Positions 17,648-26,816 of a DNA stretch of 64,000 bases are shown in pieces. Below the pieces are notes generated by a model. The model searched no databases, was not told the DNA's origin, and saw nothing but the letters and a program-made list of their open reading frames with translations. Source of the DNA: Acidimicrobiia bacterium (GTDB lineage: Bacteria > Actinomycetota > Acidimicrobiia > Spongiisociales > ZC4RG35); NCBI GenBank assembly GCA_965261135.1, contig OZ253443.1, forward strand, positions 2,416,841-2,480,840, given 5' to 3'. The position numbers were made by a program, and so were the translations under genes. Within the stretch, counting starts at the first letter, position 1; each line of letters opens with the position of its first letter.

Positions 17648-19345
17648 TTAGCCCATCGAGATCAAGAAGTAGTCGTGGAGGTCATCCCGGGCGGGTACGA
17701 ACCCGTGTACCTGATCGCTGTATCCATAGGAGAGCACCTGCTCATAGAGGGGAATCCAGCACACCAGATCTACGATTCCGATCCGGCCCAGTTCGTCATA
17801 GGTGGCGTTCCGCTCGCCTGCCTCGGTAGCAGCCAAGCCCTGGTCGGCCAAGGGATCGATCCGGTCGTCGGGACAGGTCTTGGTGATGGCGTTGCTGGTC
17901 ATGAACGCCCGCACCAGCACATCCTCGTGGGGGTAGACGGGCACTGTGGCGAACATGAACATTCCGTCCAACTCACCGCCGATCACCTGTCCGAAGAACG
18001 TACCCACATCCAGAGGATTGCGGGTGACGCTGAATCCGACCGCCTCCAGCATGCCGGAGATAGCCTCGCCAACGTCGGCGTCACTGGGATAGCGACCGGT
18101 GGTGTAGGTGTTGGTGATTGACACCTCTCCGCCCACTTCGGCCAGTAGCGCACTTGCTCCGTCGGGATCATAGTTGATGGCTTCTTCGTCACCGTCCACG
18201 CTTTGGAAAAAGGTATGGAAGAAGTTGGTATTCGGCGAAGCCCCGGTGCCGTCGAAAATGGCGTCCACCAAGAGCTGACGGTCGATGGCCTTGGCAGCCG
18301 CGGTCCTGACCCTGACATCATCGAAGGGTGGAGCAGTGGCCACCATGAAGATGGTCATGTTGGACAGAGCCGCCACCGGATGGATAGTCAGACCATCCTG
18401 GCCGGCTACATCATCCTGGAGTTGGGTTGGCACGTTCACCACCAGATCGGCCTGCCCGGTCTGGAGCAGAGCCACCCGGGCGGCGTCATCGCCGGCCCAG
18501 GACCACTCGATCTCATCCAACGACGCCTGGCCTCGCCAATGGTCGGGATTGCGGGTCGCCACGATCGACGAGCCTGCGTTCCACTCGGAAAGCACAAAAG
18601 GACCGGTGCCGATCGGGGCCAGTCCGTAGCCATCATGTCCCACATTTGAGTAATACAGAGTCGGGAATACGTAGAGGTTGGCCAACAGTTCCGGCACCGC
18701 ATTGGTGGGAATAGTGGTTGTGACTTCGAAAGTGGTTTCATCCACTACCAGCACATCCGCAAACACTTGGAAAAAGCCCTTCAACACGGATCCATCGGTG
18801 TCCCGGTGGGTAGTCAGGGAGAAAGCCGCCGCTTCTGCGTTGGCAGCCTCGCCGTTGGAGAAGGTTACGCCTTCCCTCATCGTGAAACGCCAGGTGAGAT
18901 CATCAACCCGTTCCCAGCCATTGACCAAGCCGTCGGTTGAGGGAACCGCGTTGGCGTCAGTGGTGACCAGCCTCTCGATAATGGAGATGGCCACGACCTG
19001 GTCGGACCGCGTACCGGTCATGGGGTTGAGCGTGGAAGGCTCAGCGCCGATAACCATCCGCAAGGTGCCGCCCATAGGCATTTCCTCTACCACGATTTCC
19101 TGGGCAGCAGTGGTCGTGGGGGCTGCCTCGGTGGTATCGGTAGTCATTTCCTCTTCGGGCTCTTCGGCGGCTGCAGTGGTCTCGGTTGTCTCCTCAACCG
19201 CTGGTTCATCTGGAGCCGCGGTGGTAGTTGGAGCCGGTGCGGCGGTGGTGGGCGCCGGTGCGGCGTCGTCATCTCCTCCGCAGGCTGCGGCGATTAACCC
19301 AAATACCAGCAAGAGCGCAAGCAGGGATCGTGTGGTTCTTCTCAT
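17648..19345 (-). CDS. ABC transporter substrate-binding lipoprotein, family 5 (peptide/nickel, DppA/OppA-like)
   Basis: Signal peptide plus lipobox (LIAAACGG), long acidic/Pro-Thr-rich linker, then SBP family-5 body. Start trimmed to the ATG at 19343-19345 (MRRTTRSLL). Confidence 0.7.
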   Translation of the reverse strand: MRRTTRSLLALLLVFGLIAAACGGDDDAAPAPTTAAPAPTTTAAPDEPAVEETTETTAAAEEPEEEMTTDTTEAAPTTTAAQEIVVEEMPMGGTLRMVIGAEPSTLNPMTGTRSDQVVAISIIERLVTTDANAVPSTDGLVNGWERVDDLTWRFTMREGVTFSNGEAANAEAAAFSLTTHRDTDGSVLKGFFQVFADVLVVDETTFEVTTTIPTNAVPELLANLYVFPTLYYSNVGHDGYGLAPIGTGPFVLSEWNAGSSIVATRNPDHWRGQASLDEIEWSWAGDDAARVALLQTGQADLVVNVPTQLQDDVAGQDGLTIHPVAALSNMTIFMVATAPPFDDVRVRTAAAKAIDRQLLVDAIFDGTGASPNTNFFHTFFQSVDGDEEAINYDPDGASALLAEVGGEVSITNTYTTGRYPSDADVGEAISGMLEAVGFSVTRNPLDVGTFFGQVIGGELDGMFMFATVPVYPHEDVLVRAFMTSNAITKTCPDDRIDPLADQGLAATEAGERNATYDELGRIGIVDLVCWIPLYEQVLSYGYSDQVHGFVPARDDLHDYFLISMG

Positions 19346-19476
19346 TATCTGAACTCCGATCGTCGTTTTTTCGTACGGACGCAACTTTGGTCGTATTCCC
19401 TCTCCGAATATATCACTATCTGCGGCAAAACATACCGACCGGTAGGGATTTTCTTTGTGCCTCCGTCTGCAGGACT

Positions 19477-20328
19477 CTACCCCAGGGTGACGGTGTCAAA
19501 ATCGTTGGCCACTATCACCTCTCCGGTGTAACCACCGCAGCGGACATCGTCCACAAAACCCTGCCGATCCTCCTCGGTGACCGGCTCCGGGATGAGGTGG
19601 GTCAGCACCAGAGTTGGTATCTCAAGTTCTTGGGCTTGGGCTCCTATTAGCACTGTGTCGGCGTGATAGTCCAGCACAAAGTGCAAGTGCTCAGGACGAG
19701 CCCGGATCAGCTCGAAGCGCATCGCCTCGTAGACAAGAACATCGGCTCCGCCGGCCAGAGCAGCCATCTCGGGGCACACCAAGGTGTCACCACTGATAGC
19801 CACCACTCCGGCAGGCGTTTCCACCCGATACCCCACCGCCGGGAAGACCGGCTCATGCCGCACCGGCCCTGCTAACACCCGAACCTCGCCCTTCGACCAG
19901 ACTTCGATCAAAGAATTTCCGATCTCAAACGGCGTCACTTCGAGGCCAGGGCGGGTCCCCCTACAGGTATGGGCGCTCCGCACCTCCAAATCATGCTCCC
20001 AGGGGTCGAGCATCCTCTCTAAGAAGTCCGTCGCCGGCCCGGCAGGCGCCAAGATCGGAAGAGGCGGCGCCTCGTCGAGCCGGTCCATAATCCACCGCGA
20101 CATCACCAGATCCTCCAAACCACTGACATGATCACTGTGATGATGGGTGACAAACACCGCATCCAAGTCAACCGGCGAAACCCCGCAACTCGCCAGACGC
20201 ATAGAAGTCGCCCGTCCCGCATCGAACTGCAACGCCACTCCCTCCGACCGCACCAGCACCCCCGGCCCCGCCCGATCCGGCGAAGGAACCGGCATCCCAG
20301 TTCCGGTGATTGTCGCCGACGTGACCAT
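19477..20328 (-). CDS. MBL-fold metallo-hydrolase
   Basis: HxHxDH motif VFVTHHHSDHVSGL. Start trimmed to the ATG at 20326-20328. Confidence 0.65.
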   Translation of the reverse strand: MVTSATITGTGMPVPSPDRAGPGVLVRSEGVALQFDAGRATSMRLASCGVSPVDLDAVFVTHHHSDHVSGLEDLVMSRWIMDRLDEAPPLPILAPAGPATDFLERMLDPWEHDLEVRSAHTCRGTRPGLEVTPFEIGNSLIEVWSKGEVRVLAGPVRHEPVFPAVGYRVETPAGVVAISGDTLVCPEMAALAGGADVLVYEAMRFELIRARPEHLHFVLDYHADTVLIGAQAQELEIPTLVLTHLIPEPVTEEDRQGFVDDVRCGGYTGEVIVANDFDTVTLG

Positions 20329-20354
20329 GTCTTGCTGTCTACTCTGCAGTTTCG

Positions 20355-20876
20355 CTATCGGACATCGTGAAAGGACTTGAACATTTCGCTCACATCTCTG
20401 TTGTTCCCTTGGCACAGCTGATCGAAAGCTGATGGCCCCATATTTCCCGGTTCCAATAGGAGCATGGTTGTCTTGGCTGGATCTCCTAGGTCAAGGGCCC
20501 GCACGATCCCAACGATCTGCATGAGGCGCTCCACGTTAGAGGCACTAGGGCTTTTACCTTGTGCCCAAAAGTGCAAGGACCGACGCTGTACGCGCAATGC
20601 TTGCGCAAGTTGTGTCCAAGTCAGTTCGGTCTTGCTCCTGAGTTCCGCTAAGGCACGTTGGCTGGACAGTGGTTCGTGAAGATAGGTACGGCCGTATGTT
20701 GTTCCAATCCCTATTAGCAGGAAAGAACCTTTTTGGTTGTCCGTAAAGGCAGCCCCACTGTTTGTGCCAATAGCTGTCCAAGTGGAGAGAACACCGCTTG
20801 GTCCAGTATCTGTATGCAAAACCGGGTTCTGGCCAATCTGGGATCCTCCCAACAAGAACGGGATTCCTACGTTCAA
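20355..20876 (-). CDS. hypothetical protein with Gly/Thr-rich N-terminus and central XRE-like HTH
   Basis: 173 aa. The only in-frame start before the HTH (LRSKTELTWTQLAQALRVQRRSLHFWAQGKSP) is TTG at 20874-20876, which overlaps the TGA of the upstream gene (TTGA). GGTGG SD 6 nt upstream. GC ~50% vs ~65% background. Confidence 0.45.
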   Translation of the reverse strand: MNVGIPFLLGGSQIGQNPVLHTDTGPSGVLSTWTAIGTNSGAAFTDNQKGSFLLIGIGTTYGRTYLHEPLSSQRALAELRSKTELTWTQLAQALRVQRRSLHFWAQGKSPSASNVERLMQIVGIVRALDLGDPAKTTMLLLEPGNMGPSAFDQLCQGNNRDVSEMFKSFHDVR

Positions 20877-21700
20877 ACTGCACCACCATATTGGCGGAGC
20901 AGATCAGGGCGCACAGCCCACCGGAAGAACCGATAGATGTGTTCCGCGAAACTGGCCCCTATTGAAATCACCTGATCGACATCGAATCTGCTGACCTGGG
21001 TTGTGTACATGTCAAGATCCAGGATCCAGGAGGGAGAAGCGATGGTTTCTCCATGAAGGGGATCGAGTTGTGCATTAGAGGGGAGCCATCCCCAGCGTCC
21101 GTGAAACGTAGCGTTCCCGATTCGATAGGATGTGTCGGAGACGCTATGTACGAGTTCCGCGCCCTCACCCGGGTTGACTGTGACCACGCCTAGCATTTCG
21201 GGTTTGACAAGGGCACCAAGGTTCATCTCGATCTCATCGAGACGAACCCGATCCACGTAGCGGATACCGACCCGATCGTAAGTGGAGGGAGCAATGGTGG
21301 CCGCCAGCGCATCGATGACTGCGTGAAGCCGCCTGAGAAAGTCGATCCTACTTTCGTACTCAGACGTGTCGAGTGCAACAAATGACGGCGCCAAGGAGAC
21401 TTTCCAGGCTGGATTTGTCGGGCGGTCAAGAAACCGCCAGATCGGATTGGACTGACCTGCGGAACTGACACCCTCCTGAGTGAGAACGATGTTCGCCTCA
21501 CGCTCTTGGCGTAAAACGGGATAGTCCGCTCGGATCCTCTCTTGGAAAGGCCCGATGAACTCCTCCCGCGTGATCGACACAATGGGCGGAAACCTGACCT
21601 GTGCCACAACAGCGACCAGAGGTGCTGATGAGAGTGGGATCTCCTCAACAGGTTCCCCAAACGGAGTCTGCAAATCTAACGCGGCGGTCACACTCCCCAT
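20873..21700 (-). CDS. hypothetical protein (recalls the uncharacterised TIGR04255-type family; unverified)
   Basis: 276 aa from the ATG at 21698-21700 (MGSVTAALDLQTPFGEP..., APLVAVVAQVRFPPI segment). GC ~55%. Translationally coupled to the downstream HTH gene. Confidence 0.4.
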   Translation of the reverse strand: MGSVTAALDLQTPFGEPVEEIPLSSAPLVAVVAQVRFPPIVSITREEFIGPFQERIRADYPVLRQEREANIVLTQEGVSSAGQSNPIWRFLDRPTNPAWKVSLAPSFVALDTSEYESRIDFLRRLHAVIDALAATIAPSTYDRVGIRYVDRVRLDEIEMNLGALVKPEMLGVVTVNPGEGAELVHSVSDTSYRIGNATFHGRWGWLPSNAQLDPLHGETIASPSWILDLDMYTTQVSRFDVDQVISIGASFAEHIYRFFRWAVRPDLLRQYGGAV

Positions 21701-21769
21701 TTTAATCACTTCGCGATCCCTCCCGGAGTGTGTAGTATTGTGTGAAATAGAAGAAAGGAGGTGAAAACC

Positions 21770-21895
21770 ATGGCAACTCGGAAAGTCCACCGCTCCGCGG
21801 TGTCGGGCCGCTTCGTAAAGCCCTCGACAGCTAAGCGACACCCTCGCACCACCATCACCCAGACCATCAAAACGTCAAAGAAGAAGGGCAAGTAA
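21770..21895 (+). CDS. unannotated 41-aa highly basic small ORF with strong Shine-Dalgarno
   Basis: AAAGGAGGTGA then an 8-nt spacer then ATG. MATRKVHRSAVSGRFVKPSTAKRHPRTTITQTIKTSKKKGK. Divergent from the 20873-21700 gene. Below the ORF-track length cutoff. Confidence 0.3.
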   Translation: MATRKVHRSAVSGRFVKPSTAKRHPRTTITQTIKTSKKKGK

Positions 21896-22094
21896 AGAGA
21901 GTCAGGCAACCAAACCGCCATCACAGAATGAGGAGAGGCCCGCAACAACCGTAACAGGAGTGTCGCGAAGCCTTGCCGAGCGGCCCGGTTCCCTGATCCC
22001 TACGAGGCATCTCAACGAAGCCGAATCACTTGCCCAGCAAGAGGTGGGATGACTTTCATCCCAGCCGTCAGCCATACACCAGAAAGGAAGCGAT

Positions 22095-22382
22095 ATGACA
22101 CAATACGAATATAACGGCGAAACATTCTTCATCGATGACGCGGCAGACACCTGTGAAATCAAGGTTTCCGACAAGACCAATACCGTATCCATCACTCTGA
22201 ATCAAAACGGGGCTAGCACCTACAGAGTATCCACAATTGAGGGCAACTGGTGGTGGCACACCAGCACAGTTGAGGAATCTGTCAACAGAGCATGTCGGGT
22301 GTTGATTGACTATGAAAAGGCTACTCCTTCGGAAGAAGCTTGTGCGGATATGCACAAATTTGTAAAGAATCTCCCTGCCTAA
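22095..22382 (+). CDS. hypothetical 95-aa protein, low-GC orphan
   Basis: GC ~45% in a ~65% genome. SD-like gaaaggaag before the ATG. No recognisable motif. Confidence 0.4.
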   Translation: MTQYEYNGETFFIDDAADTCEIKVSDKTNTVSITLNQNGASTYRVSTIEGNWWWHTSTVEESVNRACRVLIDYEKATPSEEACADMHKFVKNLPA

Positions 22383-22601
22383 CAGCTCTCATCAGATAGA
22401 TCTGGGGTTTGATAGCTTGGAGGAAACGGAATATCTTTGACCCCCGTGAGGACGATTACCAATCACCGCCAGGTTTCAGCCCTAAACGCTGTGCGCACAA
22501 TACTTGGAATAAAATGGTGCCCGTGGATCGGAGCCTTTCTTGAAGGCTGGAGCCTATCAGGGCTCCCTACGCCCCATGGCTTCATCGGACGGAGCGGCGT
22601 C

Positions 22602-24152
22602 TTAGGTCTTCTCTAGACCCCTGAACTTGGCTCTTCCTGCGTCACGGAGCCATCTTTTCATTACTTTGCCGGAGTCGTTGCGGACTAGGGCATCCACTAT
22701 CTCGAAGTGCTTGGGAACTTTGAACTTGGCGAGGTTGGCGCGGCAGTGGGCGGCTAGTTCTTCTTCGGTTACAGTCATCCCGGGGAGCGCCACCACGAAG
22801 GCCTTGGGCACCTCGTCCCAACGCTCATCCGGTACTCCTACAACTGCAGTCTCCGCCACTGCGGGGTGCTTGGCGAGGATTCGCTCGATTTCGGCGCTGG
22901 CTACGTTCTCTCCACCGCTTTTGATCATGTCCTTCTTGCGGTCCACGAACCACATATAGCCCTCGGCGTCGATGCGGCAGATGTCACCGGAATGAAACCA
23001 CCCGTCGCGGAAGGCGGCGGCGGTCTCTTCGGGATCGTTCCAGTAGCCCGGCGACACTTTGGGTCCGCGGGCGATTAACTCTCCGGGCTCCCCGGGCGGC
23101 GCCGGTCGGCCTGCGTCGTCCACTATCCGAAGATCGATGTTGGCAAAGGGCCTCCCCACAGATCCTATTTTGTCGGGAGGAGGGTTGGCCTCTAGGTAGG
23201 CGGCGCCGTTGGTCAGTTCGGTCATGCCATAGGCCTCCGACAGCCGCACGTGAGGCAAGGTCTCCTGGAAACGGCGATAGACCGGTGCGGGCAGCCCTCC
23301 GAAGATGATCCACTTCAGCGACGAGAGGTCGTATTGATCTCGGTCTTCCATCCTCATGATCTCGTGGATGATCTGAGCGGCCAGCACCCCTCCCGCCACC
23401 TTCTCCTTCGCCACCAGCTTCACGATCTCCCGGCCCGCATAGCTATGAACGACCACCAGGGTCGCTCCGATGTACAGAGCGGTGAGTCCGGGGACATCCA
23501 ATCCGCTGACATGAAAGAGCGGCGCCGAGAGCATGACCCGGTCGGAAGGGACCATTTCCATTTCCAGGATCTGGCCCAGTTGGTTCCAGATCACGTTTCC
23601 GTGGGTGGTGATCACTCCCTTGGGATGGCTGGTGGTGCCCGAGGTGTAAAGGATGCGAGCCAGATCATCAAGGCCCATCTGCGCGTCGGGAACCACCGCT
23701 CCTGCGGCGGCAGCCATCATTTCCTCGTAGATGTGCCAGCCGGGCAGTCCTTGGTCGGCATGGGTAATGACATGACGGATAGCGGGCGAGGAAGCAAGAG
23801 TCTCGCTTGCCTTGTCGTGGAACCGTTGATCGACAACCAGTCCCACCGCTCCGGAATGGTTGAGGATGTAGATCAGCTCGCGGGGATGAAGACGCCAATT
23901 GAGAGGGATAAAGGCCGCTCCGATCCGGTTGATGGCCAGGATCTCGATCAGGTAGCGATAGGAGTTGTCGGCCAGGATGGCGATTATGTCTTCCCTCCCA
24001 TATCCAAGGTCGGACAGTCCCTGGGCCATCTCGCTAACCGCTGCGTCCAGTTGAAGGTAGGTGAGCCGCATCTCCCCGTCCACCACCGCTTCCTTGTCGC
24101 CGAAGCGATGTTTGTTGCGCTCCAACAGACGGCTGAGGTTGGCGGTGGGCAT
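22602..24152 (-). CDS. AMP-dependent acyl-CoA synthetase/ligase
   Basis: YTSGTTSHPKGVITTHGN AMP-binding motif. 516 aa. Confidence 0.8.
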   Translation of the reverse strand: MPTANLSRLLERNKHRFGDKEAVVDGEMRLTYLQLDAAVSEMAQGLSDLGYGREDIIAILADNSYRYLIEILAINRIGAAFIPLNWRLHPRELIYILNHSGAVGLVVDQRFHDKASETLASSPAIRHVITHADQGLPGWHIYEEMMAAAAGAVVPDAQMGLDDLARILYTSGTTSHPKGVITTHGNVIWNQLGQILEMEMVPSDRVMLSAPLFHVSGLDVPGLTALYIGATLVVVHSYAGREIVKLVAKEKVAGGVLAAQIIHEIMRMEDRDQYDLSSLKWIIFGGLPAPVYRRFQETLPHVRLSEAYGMTELTNGAAYLEANPPPDKIGSVGRPFANIDLRIVDDAGRPAPPGEPGELIARGPKVSPGYWNDPEETAAAFRDGWFHSGDICRIDAEGYMWFVDRKKDMIKSGGENVASAEIERILAKHPAVAETAVVGVPDERWDEVPKAFVVALPGMTVTEEELAAHCRANLAKFKVPKHFEIVDALVRNDSGKVMKRWLRDAGRAKFRGLEKT

Positions 24153-24177
24153 GGCTCGTCAGTCCTTTGGTGGGGTC

Positions 24178-24684
24178 CTAGGTATCCTGGGCCTGCTTAC
24201 TACGGTAGGCCAGAATCTCCGCCCGGGTGGGAAGAGCTACGAATTCCAACAGATACCCGTCGGGATCCTTGGCAATGAAGGACCGGATCACTCCGTAGTT
24301 CTCGAGTTCCACAGCCAGAGGCTCGCACAGAAACTCGGCGCCAGCCTCTTGCGCCCGACGGTACTGATCGTCAATCGTGTCTCCCTCTTTGACTTCAAAC
24401 GACATGAGAAACCCGCCCAAGTCCTTCATTCCTCCCGGCCTCGTTGCCGGCGTCAGCCCATCATCCCATTCGATTAGTTCGATCTGACCCAATTGCGACG
24501 GGCCTTGCAGGAACACCGAGCGACCGGTGGTGCCGGGCGGAAGCGCCAGGAACTTCTCCACATCTTCTCCCTCCTGTTTCATTCTCAGAGTCGGCCGGTA
24601 GCCCAGAACTTGCTGATAGAACGCAACCGATCGGTCCAAGTTGGTCACCGGCAGGGCGACATGGTGGATTTCGCTGACGCTCAC
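24178..24684 (-). CDS. VOC-family protein
   Basis: Only the C-terminal 168 codons of the 483-aa track ORF are credible (VSEIHHVALPVTNLDRSVAFYQQVLGY). GTG at 24682-24684 overlaps the TGA of the upstream LLM gene (GTGA). Confidence 0.6.
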   Translation of the reverse strand: MSVSEIHHVALPVTNLDRSVAFYQQVLGYRPTLRMKQEGEDVEKFLALPPGTTGRSVFLQGPSQLGQIELIEWDDGLTPATRPGGMKDLGGFLMSFEVKEGDTIDDQYRRAQEAGAEFLCEPLAVELENYGVIRSFIAKDPDGYLLEFVALPTRAEILAYRSKQAQDT

Positions 24685-25745
24685 ACCAGAGCCAACTGAT
24701 CGGCCGTCTGCAATTGGGGGATCACCTCGGCAGCGAACGTCTCCATGGCCGTCAGGGCAGCGGACCGACCCAGCGATGGTATACGAAACCAGCCGATGTA
24801 ATGAGTCACACCCAATTCTTCGCCCAGCAGGCTCAGGGTGTTGACCACCTGGTCGACCGAGCCGAAGTTTCCTCCGTGGGTGAGAGTCTGCTCCAAGGTG
24901 AGAAGCTCGATGTTCTCCCGCACCTTGGCGTAATAGGCCGCTTCCGAGGCAAGCGCATCGTCGGATCCGGGGATCACCTTGCCGACTGATTGGTAATAAC
25001 GTAGAGCGGCTTCGGCAGCCTCCCGCAGGTCGGCGGGATCGGCGCCTGCCCACACCTGCTGCATGAACGGCATTTCGTAGTCGGCAGGGTTGAAGCCCCC
25101 CTCCACCAGAGATTCCCGATACACCGCGAAGTTGTCTTTCATCTTGCCCAGCGGAGTGAAGTTGGGAGAGGTGATGATGTTGGAGCCGTCCAGGCCTCTT
25201 TGTCTGAAAGAACTGGGAGAAACTGCGCCGTGCACCAGGGGCGGACCGCCCGCCTGATAGGGCCGTGGGTAGGTGGTGAGGTCGTCGTACTGGAAGTGTT
25301 GTCCTCGATACGACCAGCCCTCCTGACTCCAGGCCAGGGTGACGATATCCATTGCTTCGGCATAGAGCTCCCGAGATTCCGCCGGATCCACCCCGAAACC
25401 CTTGAACTCTTTGGGCTGGTATCCCCGTCCCACTCCCATCTGAAACCGGCCCTTGCTGATCACATCCAACGCCGCTCCCTCTTCGGCCAGGCGAATCGGG
25501 TCGTGGAAGGGAACCACCATCACTGCGGTTCCGACCATGATCTTGCGGGTGCTTGCGGCGATCGCCGCTCCGAATTGCAGTGGGTTGCCCAGTATGCCAT
25601 AGCGGGAAAAGTGGTGCTCGGCCAGCCACACCGAATCGAAACCCAGTTGATCGGCGATTTGGATCTCCTCCAAGGTGTCGTGGAGCACCTGGTGGTCTTC
25701 CTGCTCACCCGCCGATGGAAACAGATTCATGATTCCGAATTTCAT
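24681..25745 (-). CDS. LLM-class flavin/F420-dependent oxidoreductase
   Basis: MKFGIMNLFP... LLM TIM-barrel pattern. 354 aa. Confidence 0.7.
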   Translation of the reverse strand: MKFGIMNLFPSAGEQEDHQVLHDTLEEIQIADQLGFDSVWLAEHHFSRYGILGNPLQFGAAIAASTRKIMVGTAVMVVPFHDPIRLAEEGAALDVISKGRFQMGVGRGYQPKEFKGFGVDPAESRELYAEAMDIVTLAWSQEGWSYRGQHFQYDDLTTYPRPYQAGGPPLVHGAVSPSSFRQRGLDGSNIITSPNFTPLGKMKDNFAVYRESLVEGGFNPADYEMPFMQQVWAGADPADLREAAEAALRYYQSVGKVIPGSDDALASEAAYYAKVRENIELLTLEQTLTHGGNFGSVDQVVNTLSLLGEELGVTHYIGWFRIPSLGRSAALTAMETFAAEVIPQLQTADQLALV

Positions 25746-25823
25746 TATTTGGACTGCCCTTTTCCTTCCATTCCGACCGGTCAGTATGTTAGGGGTTTTC
25801 TCCCAAGTGTGTCGAGCGAGGCG

Positions 25824-26816
25824 CTAACCGCCTCGGAAATGCGGAATGACCTCCTCGGCGAACCGCCTCACCGAATCGGTGGAGATCGAAGCGGGCATCC
25901 CGGTCCAAAACGGGCGAAAGATCACGTGATTGATGCCTAACGCCCGAAGCGATTCGATCCTTGCGATCAGGGTGGCGGGTGAGCCCATGTGAAAAGTGCC
26001 GCGGACCAACTCCTCGATACGGGACTTCTGCCAGGAGATCGCTTCGTACTCGGAGTAGATCATGTACTCCTTCTCTATGTACGGCAGAGCTGATTGGACC
26101 GCGGTCTGGTCATCGGGACCACAGAAGAGTTCAACGATCAGGGGATATTCCCTTCCCTCCCGGGTCTTCCCGGCCTCGGCCAACGCCTGGTCGTGCAATG
26201 CCAAGGCATTCTCCAGATATCGGGGACTCGGAGCGTTACCCGGCGCGAACCAGGCGTCTCCCATGCGAGCGGCTCGTTTCACCGCCGGTTTGCCTCCCGC
26301 TCCGATCCAGATGGGAGGACCTCCGGGCTGGTGAGGAGGAACGCTGATTGTGTGGCCCGACACCTGGTAGTGGCGCCCCTGATAGTCGACGGGCTGACGG
26401 CTCCAGAGAGCCCTGATGATCTCGATCGATTCGGTTAGCCGGCCCGCCCGCTCCGCCCGGGGGATGCCGAAGGCATCGAACTCGTTGTCGCGATATCCGG
26501 CGCCCAACCCCAGCACCACTCGGCCGTCGGAGATCTGATCCAAGGTGGCAAACTCCTCGGCCACATGGACCGGATGCAGGAACGGCGCCAGCAGTATGGC
26601 GGTGCCGATGGTCATGGTGTCGGTGAGCCCGGCTAGTCGGGCGGTCATCGAGATGGGCTGGAACGTGGCCAGGTTGGCCAGATAATGGTGGATGGTCCAC
26701 ATTGAGTCGTATCCGAGTTCTTGGGCGGTCTCAGCCAGATCCCATAACTCGGCGAGCCTCTGTTGCAGGTCGTCGGAATGCAGGTATTGATGGGAGGCCA
26801 GAAGCCCGAACTTCAT
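25824..26816 (-). CDS. LLM-class flavin/F420-dependent oxidoreductase
   Basis: MKFGLLASHQ... 330 aa. Paralog of the 14893 and 16069 genes. Confidence 0.7.
   Translation of the reverse strand: MKFGLLASHQYLHSDDLQQRLAELWDLAETAQELGYDSMWTIHHYLANLATFQPISMTARLAGLTDTMTIGTAILLAPFLHPVHVAEEFATLDQISDGRVVLGLGAGYRDNEFDAFGIPRAERAGRLTESIEIIRALWSRQPVDYQGRHYQVSGHTISVPPHQPGGPPIWIGAGGKPAVKRAARMGDAWFAPGNAPSPRYLENALALHDQALAEAGKTREGREYPLIVELFCGPDDQTAVQSALPYIEKEYMIYSEYEAISWQKSRIEELVRGTFHMGSPATLIARIESLRALGINHVIFRPFWTGMPASISTDSVRRFAEEVIPHFRGG

Noticed and set aside
24178-25629. 483-aa, 608-aa and 590-aa track ORFs (24178-25629, 29326-31152, 33046-34818) taken at face value
   Set aside because: N-terminal portions overlap neighbouring real genes in other frames. 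Only the C-terminal VOC, ABC-ATPase and LLM portions carry family motifs, so starts were trimmed.
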